Origin: a virus
Taxonomy: Duplodnaviria > Caudoviricetes
IMG/VR virus record: IMGVR_UViG_3300005573_000187
Coordinates: 1-36,702 of that record
Length of the DNA: 36,702 bases
Reading direction: 5' to 3' (one strand)
Under the pieces are notes generated by a model that did no database searches, had not been told where the DNA came from, and saw only the letters and a list, made by a program, of their open reading frames with translations. Both the position numbers and the translations under genes were made by a program. Below, piece after piece: positions 1-8,938 of this stretch. Numbering within the stretch: the stretch's first letter is position 1; each line of letters starts with the position of its first letter.

Positions 1-85
1 TTTTTAAAGTAATGGAGGTTTCGCTTGTTCCGTAATATCCTGAAACCTCTACTTTACAAAAATTTTTGACTGCATCTGCTGACAT
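1..85 (-). CDS. 5' end of a putative tail fibre/structural protein, truncated by the window edge
   Basis: Not in the ORF track. ATG at 85 reads MSADAVKNFCKVEVSGYYGTSETSITLK..., directly after the adaptor gene and clearly similar to the N-terminus of the fibre at 35492 (MLDPVRNFAKVIVSQGYNYNDTQITLV). Confidence 0.75.
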   Translation of the reverse strand, partial: MSADAVKNFCKVEVSGYYGTSETSITLK

Positions 86-91
86 AGTTTA

Positions 92-766
92 TTAAAGCCA
101 GCCCTTGTTAAAGTAATCAATGCTTTTCATTTTAATTGGCTCTATTACCTCTACTTTTAAATCATCTAACATTTTCTTTAAATAAAACTGGTATAACTCA
201 AATTTCCTATTGGCGTCTGGATGTCCAATTTGTTCTAAATATTTAAAAGCGTTTCCATAAACAAAGACATCATAATAAGTATCTAAAATTGCGGGGATTT
301 CATCTGATGTTGAGGTAAATTCTGGTTGTTTGGCAATATACCAAATTCTTAATCCGTTTGTCTTATTTTCTTCCGCTCTGGGAAAAATAAAAACTTGTCC
401 GCCAAATAAATCCATTAATGGCTTTGTTTTTGGTTGGGTTTTTAATAATTCATACCATTCATAGGGCAAATTTCCCAAATCTGCTTGGCTTATTTTCTGC
501 CATTTACTATCATCAGTTGGGTCATCATAGTTAATTTCTAATCTTAAAATGGTTAATAAATCACTTGGTAAAGCATAGTTTGTTTGTCCTGCTACTAAAT
601 CGGTTTTCTTCACCGTGCCGAATAATTCTATTTCTTCATTTGCTAAACTTCTTTGAATATCTAAATAGGTCTCGTTAGTAAGAGATAAAAGGTCAACATC
701 GGGTAAGGTCGTTGAATTCGTATTGGTTATTTTTCTTGTTTTTTCAAATATGGTGGATAATTGCAT
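92..766 (-). CDS. Podovirus-type head-tail adaptor / tail tubular protein A-like
   Basis: 224 aa directly downstream of the MCP; 'DLVAGQTNYALPSDLLTILRLE' and 'IFP...IWY...P' pattern typical of adaptor proteins in this position. Confidence 0.6.
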   Translation of the reverse strand: MQLSTIFEKTRKITNTNSTTLPDVDLLSLTNETYLDIQRSLANEEIELFGTVKKTDLVAGQTNYALPSDLLTILRLEINYDDPTDDSKWQKISQADLGNLPYEWYELLKTQPKTKPLMDLFGGQVFIFPRAEENKTNGLRIWYIAKQPEFTSTSDEIPAILDTYYDVFVYGNAFKYLEQIGHPDANRKFELYQFYLKKMLDDLKVEVIEPIKMKSIDYFNKGWL

Positions 767-777
767 TTTGGTGAAGC

Positions 778-820
778 GGGGGCGGAAGCCACAAGGAGCC
801 TTCCCTTGCCCATAGCCCCC
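778..820 (-). terminator. GC-rich stem-loop after the MCP gene (terminator or mRNA-stabilising element)
   Basis: Outer GGGGGC/GCCCCC stem and inner CAAGG/CCTTG stem in AT-rich context, between MCP stop and adaptor start; no clear U-tract. Confidence 0.45.
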
Positions 821-849
821 AATCAGGGTTTTAGCAATCTAATCAATCA

Positions 850-1791
850 TTAGAGAGAAGTAGCGGCACTTTCAATTCTCATCAATCTTTCCTCTTGAGT
901 CCTTGCAACCCCGATATTGGTTTTCGCACCAACCCAACCCTTTTGTCCTAATTGGTTGCTAACAGAAATAGCGTTTTCTGGAGGATAAACATAAGTATTC
1001 ACTTTTCTTGCCAGCCAGTAAGAAATTCTGTAAGCGTCAGCGGCAATTAAGGTAGTCGGATAAACAGTTACATTTGAAGTAAAGGGCTGGACATTAGGAG
1101 ATTGAACAATTCTTGCTCCACCAATAGCGCCAATCTCTCCACGAAAGAGATTTTCAGGTTGTGCGTATTTGTGCGCCTCCCAATAACTTGCTCCAGTTCC
1201 AGCAGAAATCATTAAATCATAGGCAACTGCTGGGTGCATCACACAAGCATATCCACCACCAGGATATTCAGGAGCAGAATTATTTCTTAATTTCTGGACT
1301 GCCTTAAAAATCAAACTAATAGTAATCAAATCAGACGAAGTAATAGAACCCCTTGCAGTATAGCTTGCATTAGGATAAATCACATTGTTCCCAGCATTAA
1401 CGACGGTCTGAATTACCTCATCAATCTTCCTTGCCATTGCTTTACCAACTTCAGTAAGGGTTATATTTACTAATTGAAAAACAGCGGTCAAAGCGACCAA
1501 ATCTGTCATTTCAACACTAACCCCATATTGAGTTGGCGTTCTGTCAACTGCGCTAACAGAAACAGCAATGGCAGTAGGACCAGCTCCTTCTGACAATTGG
1601 GCTACATTGCTGGTAGCAATCTTGTCAAAAGTGAAAAATCTGGAGGTGTAATTGCCTTCTGGAACGGTTTCCACTGTTCCAAACTGTTCAAAATAGAGAT
1701 AGGGTTGCAAACTTTCAATAACTCTCGTGTCAAAATAAATTCCCAGCGCCTTCTGGCTTGTCGATAGATTGGATGTTGTAGTCGTTGCCAT
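850..1791 (-). CDS. Major capsid protein, HK97 fold, N4-gp56-like family
   Basis: 313 aa; 'LSEG', 'QYG..V..TD', 'GGYACVMHPAVAYDL', 'YAQPENLFRGEIG.IGG.RIV.S', 'NQLGQKGWVG.K' motifs; follows portal and scaffold. Confidence 0.9.
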   Translation of the reverse strand: MATTTTSNLSTSQKALGIYFDTRVIESLQPYLYFEQFGTVETVPEGNYTSRFFTFDKIATSNVAQLSEGAGPTAIAVSVSAVDRTPTQYGVSVEMTDLVALTAVFQLVNITLTEVGKAMARKIDEVIQTVVNAGNNVIYPNASYTARGSITSSDLITISLIFKAVQKLRNNSAPEYPGGGYACVMHPAVAYDLMISAGTGASYWEAHKYAQPENLFRGEIGAIGGARIVQSPNVQPFTSNVTVYPTTLIAADAYRISYWLARKVNTYVYPPENAISVSNQLGQKGWVGAKTNIGVARTQEERLMRIESAATSL

Positions 1792-1792
1792 T

Positions 1793-1834
1793 ATAGGAAG
1801 TGGGTCTTTTTTAAGACCTTTATCCGCTTCCTAT
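1793..1834 (-). promoter_or_regulatory. Hairpin in the MCP translation-initiation region
   Basis: ATAGGAAG(1793-1800)/CTTCCTAT(1827-1834) outer stem plus GGTCTT/AAGACC inner stem; ends 1 nt before the MCP ATG. Confidence 0.55.
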
Positions 1835-1841
1835 TTAAACT

Positions 1842-2387
1842 CTATTCTATTCCGTAAATCTGTTTAAAGAGTTCTTTTGCTATTTTTTCTTGTTCTTCTT
1901 TCGGAAGTTTTAGGAAGTCGGGCTCAACAACTGTTCTTGAAGTTTGAGCAGAGCCTAAAGAATATCCCACTTTCTCTTCTTTTGAAGTTGCCTTTTTTTT
2001 ACCAATATATCTATAAATTGCCTCTTCCCAACTTTCTCCTTCTTTTCTTTCTTTCATTATATTTTCCGCATCATCTTTTAACTCTGGGAATTTCTTGTAA
2101 AGAATGTTTTCAAATTCTAACTTATCCACTTTTGAGAGCAACTCATCTACATTGGCAATCTTGGCAACCTCTTGAAGCGAAAGGAACTTTTCTTCTAATT
2201 CTTTTTTTTCTTTAAGCGCCTGCTCGTATTTCTTTCGAAGGATTTTTACAGCGTTTCCTTCAATTTCTTCTAACGATGGTTTTTTCTCTTCTGTCTTTGT
2301 TTCTTGTTTTTCTTGTTCTGCGGTTTTTAATTCTTCTGAAACTTGATTCTCGTTTTCTGATGTTGTTTGTTGCGTTTCTACACCCAT
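1842..2387 (-). CDS. Capsid scaffolding protein (putative)
   Basis: 181 aa, E/K-rich coiled coil with acidic disordered N-terminus, immediately upstream of the MCP. Confidence 0.7.
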   Translation of the reverse strand: MGVETQQTTSENENQVSEELKTAEQEKQETKTEEKKPSLEEIEGNAVKILRKKYEQALKEKKELEEKFLSLQEVAKIANVDELLSKVDKLEFENILYKKFPELKDDAENIMKERKEGESWEEAIYRYIGKKKATSKEEKVGYSLGSAQTSRTVVEPDFLKLPKEEQEKIAKELFKQIYGIE

Positions 2388-2437
2388 TTTTTTACGCTTT
2401 CCGCATCGGGGAATACGGAAAGGAAATTAAAGATATA

Positions 2438-2743
2438 CTATGGATTATAAAAACTTAAAATTTTCGGATTTGTATATCCGCCTCTCAATTCGGCCTGTTT
2501 TCGACAACCTTCTGAATTGCAAATCCACGCTTTCCATTCTGGAACATACATATAAATTGATTGCTGAAAAGAAGAAAGATTATTGCTTGCTCCGCACAAA
2601 CATCTAAACTTTCCTTCCGCAAACATTTCTTTAAAATGCGAACAATTCCTTGCTGGATGTCCACAAAATTCGCAAACTCCTCCAATAATTTTGGGATAAC
2701 TCTTTGTTTCTTCTTCCTTTTTTGCTCCAATTCCCCTTGGCAT
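2438..2743 (-). CDS. Cys-rich putative Zn-binding protein
   Basis: CEFCG..C.H, CLC, C...C; start more likely ATG 2743 (MPRG), 21 nt after an AGGTCG leader, than 2776. Confidence 0.65.
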   Translation of the reverse strand: MPRGIGAKKEEETKSYPKIIGGVCEFCGHPARNCSHFKEMFAEGKFRCLCGASNNLSSFQQSIYMYVPEWKAWICNSEGCRKQAELRGGYTNPKILSFYNP

Positions 2744-2772
2744 AAAATTATTAACTTTTAATTCCGACCTTT

Positions 2773-3102
2773 TCATTCTTCGCCCCTCGTTATCTCAATT
2801 TCTAAAAACTTCATTAGTTCCTCTGGCAAATTTAAAAGAAAATCTAATGCTGCTATTTGTTCTTTATAACTAATTAAAATCTGTTCGTCAAGGGGCGCTG
2901 ATTTTAAATTATCAATAACCTTTTCTCTTGTATCCTGAATTATCTTTTTAAGAATAGCCCACTCATTACTATTTCCGATTGTTCTAAAACTTCTAACCAA
3001 TTCCCTTGCCTTTTCTATATCTTTTCCAACATATTCTGCTAATTGTTGACCAAAATAATACTCCAATTTGGTTTGTTCCATTTTCTTTTTTCTTTTTAGC
3101 AT
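2773..3102 (-). CDS. Small helical protein of the head operon
   Basis: 109 aa with 'W.ILKKII' and 'LLNLPEE', in the post-portal position common in podovirus head operons. Confidence 0.6.
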   Translation of the reverse strand: MLKRKKKMEQTKLEYYFGQQLAEYVGKDIEKARELVRSFRTIGNSNEWAILKKIIQDTREKVIDNLKSAPLDEQILISYKEQIAALDFLLNLPEELMKFLEIEITRGEE

Positions 3103-3293
3103 TATTTTTTCTTTTTGTGTTTTCTTTGATAGGTTCTTTTCGCTTTTGCCAATTTTCCAGTTCCTTTTCCGTGAATTCCTTTATCTTTCAATTTTCCCTT
3201 AACCAAACTGGCATAAAATATATTCCTTCCTTTTTCTCCGTATTGTTCTATGAATTTTTTTAATAGTTTTTTTCCTTTGGGTGTTAACGGCAT
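3102..3293 (-). CDS. Small basic phage protein
   Basis: 63 aa MPLTPKGKK...QYGEKGRNIFYAS..KGK; AGGTCG leader 18 nt upstream. Confidence 0.7.
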   Translation of the reverse strand: MPLTPKGKKLLKKFIEQYGEKGRNIFYASLVKGKLKDKGIHGKGTGKLAKAKRTYQRKHKKKK

Positions 3294-3318
3294 AATTTAA
3301 AATAATTATTTCGACCTT

Positions 3319-5358
3319 TTAAGGCATCATACTTTTTCCCATTCTTTCTGTTCCCTCTGGGGGAGAACCAAATATTTGTTTAATAATATCTTGCGATGTT
3401 TTAGTTGGCATTCTTGCTTCTAGCGTATCTGCGGGCGGTCTTTCTTCTTCCAACATTTCTGGCGGTATTTGTCCTTCTGTTGGCAACGCTTCTCTTTGTC
3501 TGACAATGTTTGATTGTCCCATTTTCGCTTCTTTAACTTCTTTTTGCTTTCTCAAAATGTTAGCCATATGAGCGGCAATATGAAGTTCTCTTGTTTTTGT
3601 AGACGCAATTCTCATATGAACAGCAATATGTTGAGCGTCATCATCTTCGCTATCAATATAAACAAGTTTGTTGTCTTTTAGAATTTCATTTTCTTTTTCC
3701 GCTTTAATTTCGTGCGGTGTTGGCGGTAAAATTGCCTCAATCTGGTCTGGTGTTAAATCGGTAAGATAAAGCATATATCTTACTCCTTCTCTAACATTTC
3801 CGCCAATTTGCGGCAGTATTGGCAAAATTTCTGTTAAATCCCTTCTCTTTAAAATTCTTTCTGGCTCCGCTTCCAAAGAAGAAACAACTTTAATTTTTGG
3901 GTCAACCTCTGGGATAAAATCGGATTTTTTAACTTCAATAAATTCTTTTGCCCCCTGATATCCTACCAATTCGGCAATTTTGGTATCATCCTCGCTCATA
4001 AATCTTTGGTGTCTTTTTAACCAGCGATACCAGAAATCTTTTTCGCCATCAATAATATTTCTCATTAAAGAACTCATTAAAACATCTTCTTTTGCTTTTC
4101 TTAAAGCATATTCTGTTGCTGTCTTTTTTGTTGTCTTTGCCAATGATGTTGCCGCAGACAATCTTGAATAACTCGCCATTCCCAATGCTTCTGCCTGGAT
4201 TTGGTTCATAAAAACAAGGGTATCATTAGAAACAACATTTGTTTTAGGAAAAGGAACTATTTGATTTGCGGGATATCCTTTTACTGGAATTGATTTTCCA
4301 ATCTCTTTTGTTGAAAGATGACGGGGATTGATAATTGATTCAATATTATAAAGAAATGTTGGTGTAGCGTCTAATTTTATTCCTTGAAAGAGATAATTTT
4401 TTAAAACAACATCCGCCCTATGCAAATCTTCAAGTTTTTCTGGCAATCCTATACCCCAAAAGGATAGATTGGTTTTAATGTAATAAAAAGGAACGAAAGG
4501 AATTTTACTTTCTCTATCCCCCGCGTCTCTGTAATCTACTTTTTGATAACCCAACAAAGTGCTTACTGAATTATCAGTCCAAATAACATATAAATCTCCA
4601 CCAGCATACATATACCATTCCAAAATCTCAATATAAGCAGAAGGATGTATTGGCTCTTGATAATTTAAATTTCCAATGAGAATTCTTTTTGCTTCTCTTA
4701 CTAATTGCTGTTGTTCGTATGATTCTGAACCTGTTCTTCTGTTTATTATTTCTTTAACCTTACTTTCATCAAGGCGGGGGTCTTGTTTTAATTCGTATGC
4801 TGTTTTATAAATGAACCTTCCAGCATATCTTGCTTCCTCAATACAAGTTGCCTGCTTATCGATAAAAAAAAGCATTGGATTAACTGGTTTTACGATTAAA
4901 AGTTTTCTTTTTTTATCATAAAGAGAAACATCTAAAAGTCCTATACCAAAGAAAATAATATCCCATAAAAGTCCTCTCATTATTTTTCCCATTCTCATTT
5001 CTTCAAAATCAAAATTGGCTACTGCGTTAGTATATTTCATTTTCTTTACATCTGCGGGGGTTCTTGCTTCAAACTCTGTTCTTCTGTTATCGCTATCAAT
5101 CGCAGAAAAAGTTTCCTGAAACTGATTAAAAACCAAATTAGAACCCAAATAAATATCGTCAGAAATAGATTTTTTATACTGATTAAGATAAAGTTTAACT
5201 AAATTTACCCAAAGCAGTTTTTTTTGCGTTGTATCATAAGATGAATCAAAATGTTGAGTTTTTACAACTTGTAAAATTTCTTCTGGTTTCCAATCCGAAA
5301 GAGACAAAAAAGAAAGTTCTAATTGCCTATTAAGAGAGATTGTGTTCTGATTGTTCAT
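3319..5358 (-). CDS. Portal protein (P22-like podovirus portal)
   Basis: 679 aa after terL; 'PFVPFY.....SFWGIGLPEKLEDL', 'KTATE', C-terminal 'DDDAQHIAVH' motif. Confidence 0.85.
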   Translation of the reverse strand: MNNQNTISLNRQLELSFLSLSDWKPEEILQVVKTQHFDSSYDTTQKKLLWVNLVKLYLNQYKKSISDDIYLGSNLVFNQFQETFSAIDSDNRRTEFEARTPADVKKMKYTNAVANFDFEEMRMGKIMRGLLWDIIFFGIGLLDVSLYDKKRKLLIVKPVNPMLFFIDKQATCIEEARYAGRFIYKTAYELKQDPRLDESKVKEIINRRTGSESYEQQQLVREAKRILIGNLNYQEPIHPSAYIEILEWYMYAGGDLYVIWTDNSVSTLLGYQKVDYRDAGDRESKIPFVPFYYIKTNLSFWGIGLPEKLEDLHRADVVLKNYLFQGIKLDATPTFLYNIESIINPRHLSTKEIGKSIPVKGYPANQIVPFPKTNVVSNDTLVFMNQIQAEALGMASYSRLSAATSLAKTTKKTATEYALRKAKEDVLMSSLMRNIIDGEKDFWYRWLKRHQRFMSEDDTKIAELVGYQGAKEFIEVKKSDFIPEVDPKIKVVSSLEAEPERILKRRDLTEILPILPQIGGNVREGVRYMLYLTDLTPDQIEAILPPTPHEIKAEKENEILKDNKLVYIDSEDDDAQHIAVHMRIASTKTRELHIAAHMANILRKQKEVKEAKMGQSNIVRQREALPTEGQIPPEMLEEERPPADTLEARMPTKTSQDIIKQIFGSPPEGTERMGKSMMP

Positions 5359-5737
5359 ATTGTTTAATATCGTCTGGCGTTATGGGAACTAAATCAAACT
5401 TCTTTAAAACATTTAAACATCTTTTTTCAAATTCTTCTTGAGTAATTTTAGGCATTATCAGTTTTCTTAAACGCCACAGATAACCTTTTGGCTCTGCTAT
5501 TGTAAGTGCTAAAAAAGAGTTCTCTGTTTCTCTTATAACAATATCTTCTAAAATTTTATATTTTTTCTCTTTTGCCTGTTTGTAAATGCTTTTTAAAAGT
5601 ATTTCTTTTAATTTTTCTTTAACTTCGTTTTTTAAAAATTTTACTGGTCCTCTTTTAACTAACCAGTCGGGATGAACTTTTTCAAGTTCTTTTTTATCAA
5701 AACGAGCCAACAATAATCCCGTATAATCTGTTGCCAT
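5330..5737 (-). CDS. Hypothetical protein
   Basis: 135-aa ORF tightly packed between neighbouring genes of the operon. Confidence 0.6.
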   Translation of the reverse strand: MATDYTGLLLARFDKKELEKVHPDWLVKRGPVKFLKNEVKEKLKEILLKSIYKQAKEKKYKILEDIVIRETENSFLALTIAEPKGYLWRLRKLIMPKITQEEFEKRCLNVLKKFDLVPITPDDIKQYEQSEHNLS

Positions 5738-5741
5738 CTTT

Positions 5742-6413
5742 TCAAATTATAAAACCGTCTCTAATTGTACTCAACCAATACTTATCTTCCTCACTTAAAT
5801 CAATATTATTGATGTTTTTAAAAAAAGTCAAGACCTTAAATTTCCACTCAAGAAAAGGTAAAAAAACATTTAATAAAATTCTGATTGTTTTCCATTTTTT
5901 CTTCATCTGCGGGAATCTTTCCCTTGTTTCTAATTCTTTAAAAACTGCCAATAAATCTTTTTTATCGTGTATAACCTTATTATAAAGCACCCGCTGAAAT
6001 CTTAATCTATAAGCGCTGTCCAACTCTAAAATCATAAACATTGAATAATAAAAATCCCTAATATCATCAGAAAATTTCAGGCCAAAAGTTATAATAAAAG
6101 CGTCAATCAAACTTCTAACAAAGGAACAAAACTGAGGATAAGAAAATTCAAAGTATTTTAAACCCTTTCTGTATATTTCAAGATAAAAACTTTTAAAGAA
6201 TGGTAAAAGATAAGGATGGGAAATATAGAATAAAAAAATGTATTTTTGAATTGCGCAAAGAAATAATAACTGCGGATTTAAAAAGCCAGGAAATGGTTTT
6301 TCTTCGCCTTTAATATAAGTAAAAATGCCCTTTTCTCTTACTTCAATTTTTTCTACTTTAACATCTTCTCCAACTGGAAAATTAGGAAAAATGTTTTTTA
6401 TTATGTCTCCCAT
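5742..6413 (-). CDS. Hypothetical protein
   Basis: 223-aa ORF overlapping the terL stop; no recognisable family motif. Confidence 0.6.
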   Translation of the reverse strand: MGDIIKNIFPNFPVGEDVKVEKIEVREKGIFTYIKGEEKPFPGFLNPQLLFLCAIQKYIFLFYISHPYLLPFFKSFYLEIYRKGLKYFEFSYPQFCSFVRSLIDAFIITFGLKFSDDIRDFYYSMFMILELDSAYRLRFQRVLYNKVIHDKKDLLAVFKELETRERFPQMKKKWKTIRILLNVFLPFLEWKFKVLTFFKNINNIDLSEEDKYWLSTIRDGFII

Positions 6414-7732
6414 AATGCTTCATCATAAAATTTCAATTGATTTAAATCTTCAATAAATGTTAAAACAAAAGCATCCCAAACATTGGGAGAAGCAATGCCT
6501 TTTTTTAATAAACTTTCTTTTGATTCTATTTTAATTTTTCTATCTGATTGAATTTTGTATCTTATTGTTAAAGCCTCTTTCCACGCTTCGTCTTCAATTA
6601 ACTTTCCGCCCCTTAAAATCCATTCTCTGGCTTTCCAGTATAGTTCTGCTTTTTTGTTAAAAAATCTTTCTTGGTCATCTGCTTTTGAACCAAAAATAAC
6701 TCCGTGTGTTTTGTTAAAAAGCCCTGTTTCATTTAATCTATCATAAATTCCTTTTCCCACTCCTGTAATGTCAATAGCAATTATTCTAAAATTATAAATT
6801 GAATAAAGCTCTGTTATCTTCGGCAAAATTACCATTGTATCTGATAATCTCTGATTAAAAAGCACTTTTGCTGTTAAATGGTCTCTAACCACAATTGCTG
6901 TTGCGTCTCCGCCCGCTCCCACATCAACACCCAAAATACAAGGTTGAGATAAAGGATAATCAGATTGAACAATGGCTTCGTCTAATTGTTTTGAAGAAAT
7001 TAAAGCCAAATATCCTTTGTTGTCCATTTCTCCTTCAAAAGAATACCAATCGCCTTCTAATAATGCTTTTTTTAGTTTTTCGTCCATTCCTTTTGATAAT
7101 TCCTCATAATAGTTTGCTGGTAAATATGGATTATCTCCTATTTCTGCTTTCAAAAACCCCGCCTCTTTACATCTTTGGTCTTTTGATGTTTTTTCAACAA
7201 AAAATTCTCTCACCCAATTTGAAAATTCTCCAACTGGATTTGATACTGCTAAAAATTTAGGATTTTCTATGCCAGTCCATCTATTTCTCTGTAAAAGAAT
7301 ATCAAATGTTTCTTTTGGGATTTGTGTTATTTCATCTACTCCAACAATAGCCCATTCAGAAGAAAAATATTTTTCTGGTTCATCTAAATTCCTAAACATC
7401 AAAATTCCTCCTCCATAATCTTCTGATAAATGAAATTCGCTTTTTTGTTCATAATAAGTTCCAAGCCACAAAGGAAATTCTATTTTTATTCTTTTTAAAT
7501 GTCTATCATTTAATTCAGGATAAGTTCTACAAAATAATCCTCCTTGAACGTTTTTATATCCTTTTGCCCCCCAATAAAGAAGCCAATAAAGAATAATCCA
7601 TCTTAAAGCCCTACTTTTGCCTGTTCCGAGTGCTCCACTCCATAATGTATACCTATAAGTTTTTGTAAATTCTAAAAAGAGTTTCTGTTTAGGAGTAAAA
7701 TTTGCCAGTTTGAAAAAGTTTATTTTTTCCAT
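6401..7732 (-). CDS. terL: Terminase large subunit
   Basis: Walker A SGALGTGKS, Walker B IVGVDE, coupling motif SNP; RNase H-like nuclease LGVDVGAGGD, IDITGVG, SPNVWDA. Confidence 0.95.
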   Translation of the reverse strand: MEKINFFKLANFTPKQKLFLEFTKTYRYTLWSGALGTGKSRALRWIILYWLLYWGAKGYKNVQGGLFCRTYPELNDRHLKRIKIEFPLWLGTYYEQKSEFHLSEDYGGGILMFRNLDEPEKYFSSEWAIVGVDEITQIPKETFDILLQRNRWTGIENPKFLAVSNPVGEFSNWVREFFVEKTSKDQRCKEAGFLKAEIGDNPYLPANYYEELSKGMDEKLKKALLEGDWYSFEGEMDNKGYLALISSKQLDEAIVQSDYPLSQPCILGVDVGAGGDATAIVVRDHLTAKVLFNQRLSDTMVILPKITELYSIYNFRIIAIDITGVGKGIYDRLNETGLFNKTHGVIFGSKADDQERFFNKKAELYWKAREWILRGGKLIEDEAWKEALTIRYKIQSDRKIKIESKESLLKKGIASPNVWDAFVLTFIEDLNQLKFYDEALWET

Positions 7733-7862
7733 TAAATATTTTTATTTTCTTTCCACAATTCTGGATTTGATGTTATTATTCCTCCTCCACTTTCTATAAT
7801 TTTTTTAAAAAGTTCAAATTTTGCTTGTTTTTCTGGATTTTCAAATTCTTTTTTTACTTTTT

Positions 7863-8186
7863 TTATTTTTCTTCTTCTTCATCATCTGTTAAAACCAAAA
7901 TCTTTTTTTCTTCTGTTTCTATTGTTTGTTTTGCTTGTCCGTATAATCTATCAAGAATATCTTTGTAAAAAGAATAATTTCCTTTTAATCCTTCACGAAT
8001 TCCTCTTTTCACAAGTTCAATCTGGACCGCGTCTGGTTTTTTGCCTAATTTTAACGCTTCGGCGACCTGCTTTGTTGCCTCCTCGAATATCGTCTTAAAG
8101 TTTCTCGCTCCTTTCGGTCTTCCTTTTGGATTTCCTGACTGACCTGGTTTAAATCTATATTCTGCTGGAGGTAATTTTCTTGGCAT
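7863..8186 (-). CDS. terS: Terminase small subunit (putative)
   Basis: 'RFKPGQSGNPKGRPKG' and 'ILDRLYGQAKQ' motifs, upstream of terL. ATG 8186 (MPRK) preferred over the TTG at 8246. Confidence 0.8.
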   Translation of the reverse strand: MPRKLPPAEYRFKPGQSGNPKGRPKGARNFKTIFEEATKQVAEALKLGKKPDAVQIELVKRGIREGLKGNYSFYKDILDRLYGQAKQTIETEEKKILVLTDDEEEEK

Positions 8187-8211
8187 ATTTTGTCTGTTTT
8201 TTACCCTGTTT

Positions 8212-8313
8212 CTATTTTTCGTTTGTTTGTCTTGGGTTTCCTTCAAAGAATTTTAAATCTTTTAATTTCCTTTTTTCTGTTTTCCAAATTATTTTATTTT
8301 CTTTTAAAATCAT
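8212..8313 (-). pseudogene. 33-aa remnant resembling a ParB/Srx N-terminus
   Basis: Manual translation MILKENKIIWKTEKRKLKDLKFFEGNPRQTNEK*; 'L.DLK....NPR' matches the start of ParB-N domains that often precede terS. Confidence 0.5.
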
Positions 8314-8332
8314 TTTTAAAATTATCTAATAT

Positions 8333-8458
8333 TATTTTATTAAATCAATAAAGTATTTGTCAATAGTATTTAATATATCTGCGGGCGGAAAAGGTTGATT
8401 TTATTGTATTTTTTGCCTTTTTTATGGGTCTTAACAGAATTTTTATATTTGTTAAAAT
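8333..8458. repeat. Left copy of a ~125-bp inverted repeat containing a divergent promoter pair
   Basis: Aligns with the reverse complement of 15216-15335. Outward (minus) TTGACA 8363-8358 N18 TAAAAT 8339-8334; inward (plus) TTAACA 8431 N16 TAAAAT 8453. Confidence 0.9.
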
Positions 8459-8488
8459 GAAACTGATAAGGAAAAAGGGAAAAGGGTC

Positions 8489-8577
8489 TTGACAAAAATT
8501 TTTCAGTGGGTAAAATAAGAGTAGATAAAAACAAAGACAAAAAAAGAACTTGACAAAAAATTTATCCAGAGTAAAAT
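8489..8577 (+). promoter_or_regulatory. Two tandem sigma70-type promoters
   Basis: TTGACA(8489)-N16-TAAAAT(8511) and TTGACA(8550)-N16-TAAAAT(8572), upstream of the 8666 operon. Confidence 0.75.
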
Positions 8578-8665
8578 TAAAAATGATAACAAAAGAAAGA
8601 ATTAAAAGAAAATTAAAAAGTCGTAAAAAATAAAAAAGGTCGTAAAAATAATTAAATAAAAAAGT

Positions 8666-8908
8666 ATGTTCAATTCCTTCTATATACTTAAAAGTTTTTT
8701 AGAGGATTATGAGAGAATAAAAGAGTTAATAAAGAAAAATAATTTAAAAGAGGCAAACAGAATTGCTAAAAGATGGGGTTTAATCGTTATAACTTATAAT
8801 GAAAGCGATAAAAAAGACAATAAAAAAACTGATTTTTACCTTATGCCGATTGAGTGGGATTATAACGATGATAATCGTCCAAAAAAAGATGGTCTTTTAA
8901 TTAAATAA
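8666..8908 (+). CDS. Hypothetical protein
   Basis: 80 aa; AGGTCG leader at 8637. Confidence 0.65.
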   Translation: MFNSFYILKSFLEDYERIKELIKKNNLKEANRIAKRWGLIVITYNESDKKDNKKTDFYLMPIEWDYNDDNRPKKDGLLIK

Positions 8909-8938
8909 AAAAGGTCGCAAAAAAATAAGTAAAACACT

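Noticed and set aside
1877-7260. Plus-strand ORFs over the head operon and similar opposite-strand ORFs elsewhere (e.g. 9172..9462, 16195..16744, 23630..23833, 26203..26538, 33806..34027)
   Set aside because: F/L/S-rich antisense shadows of K/E-rich genes, without leaders or motifs.
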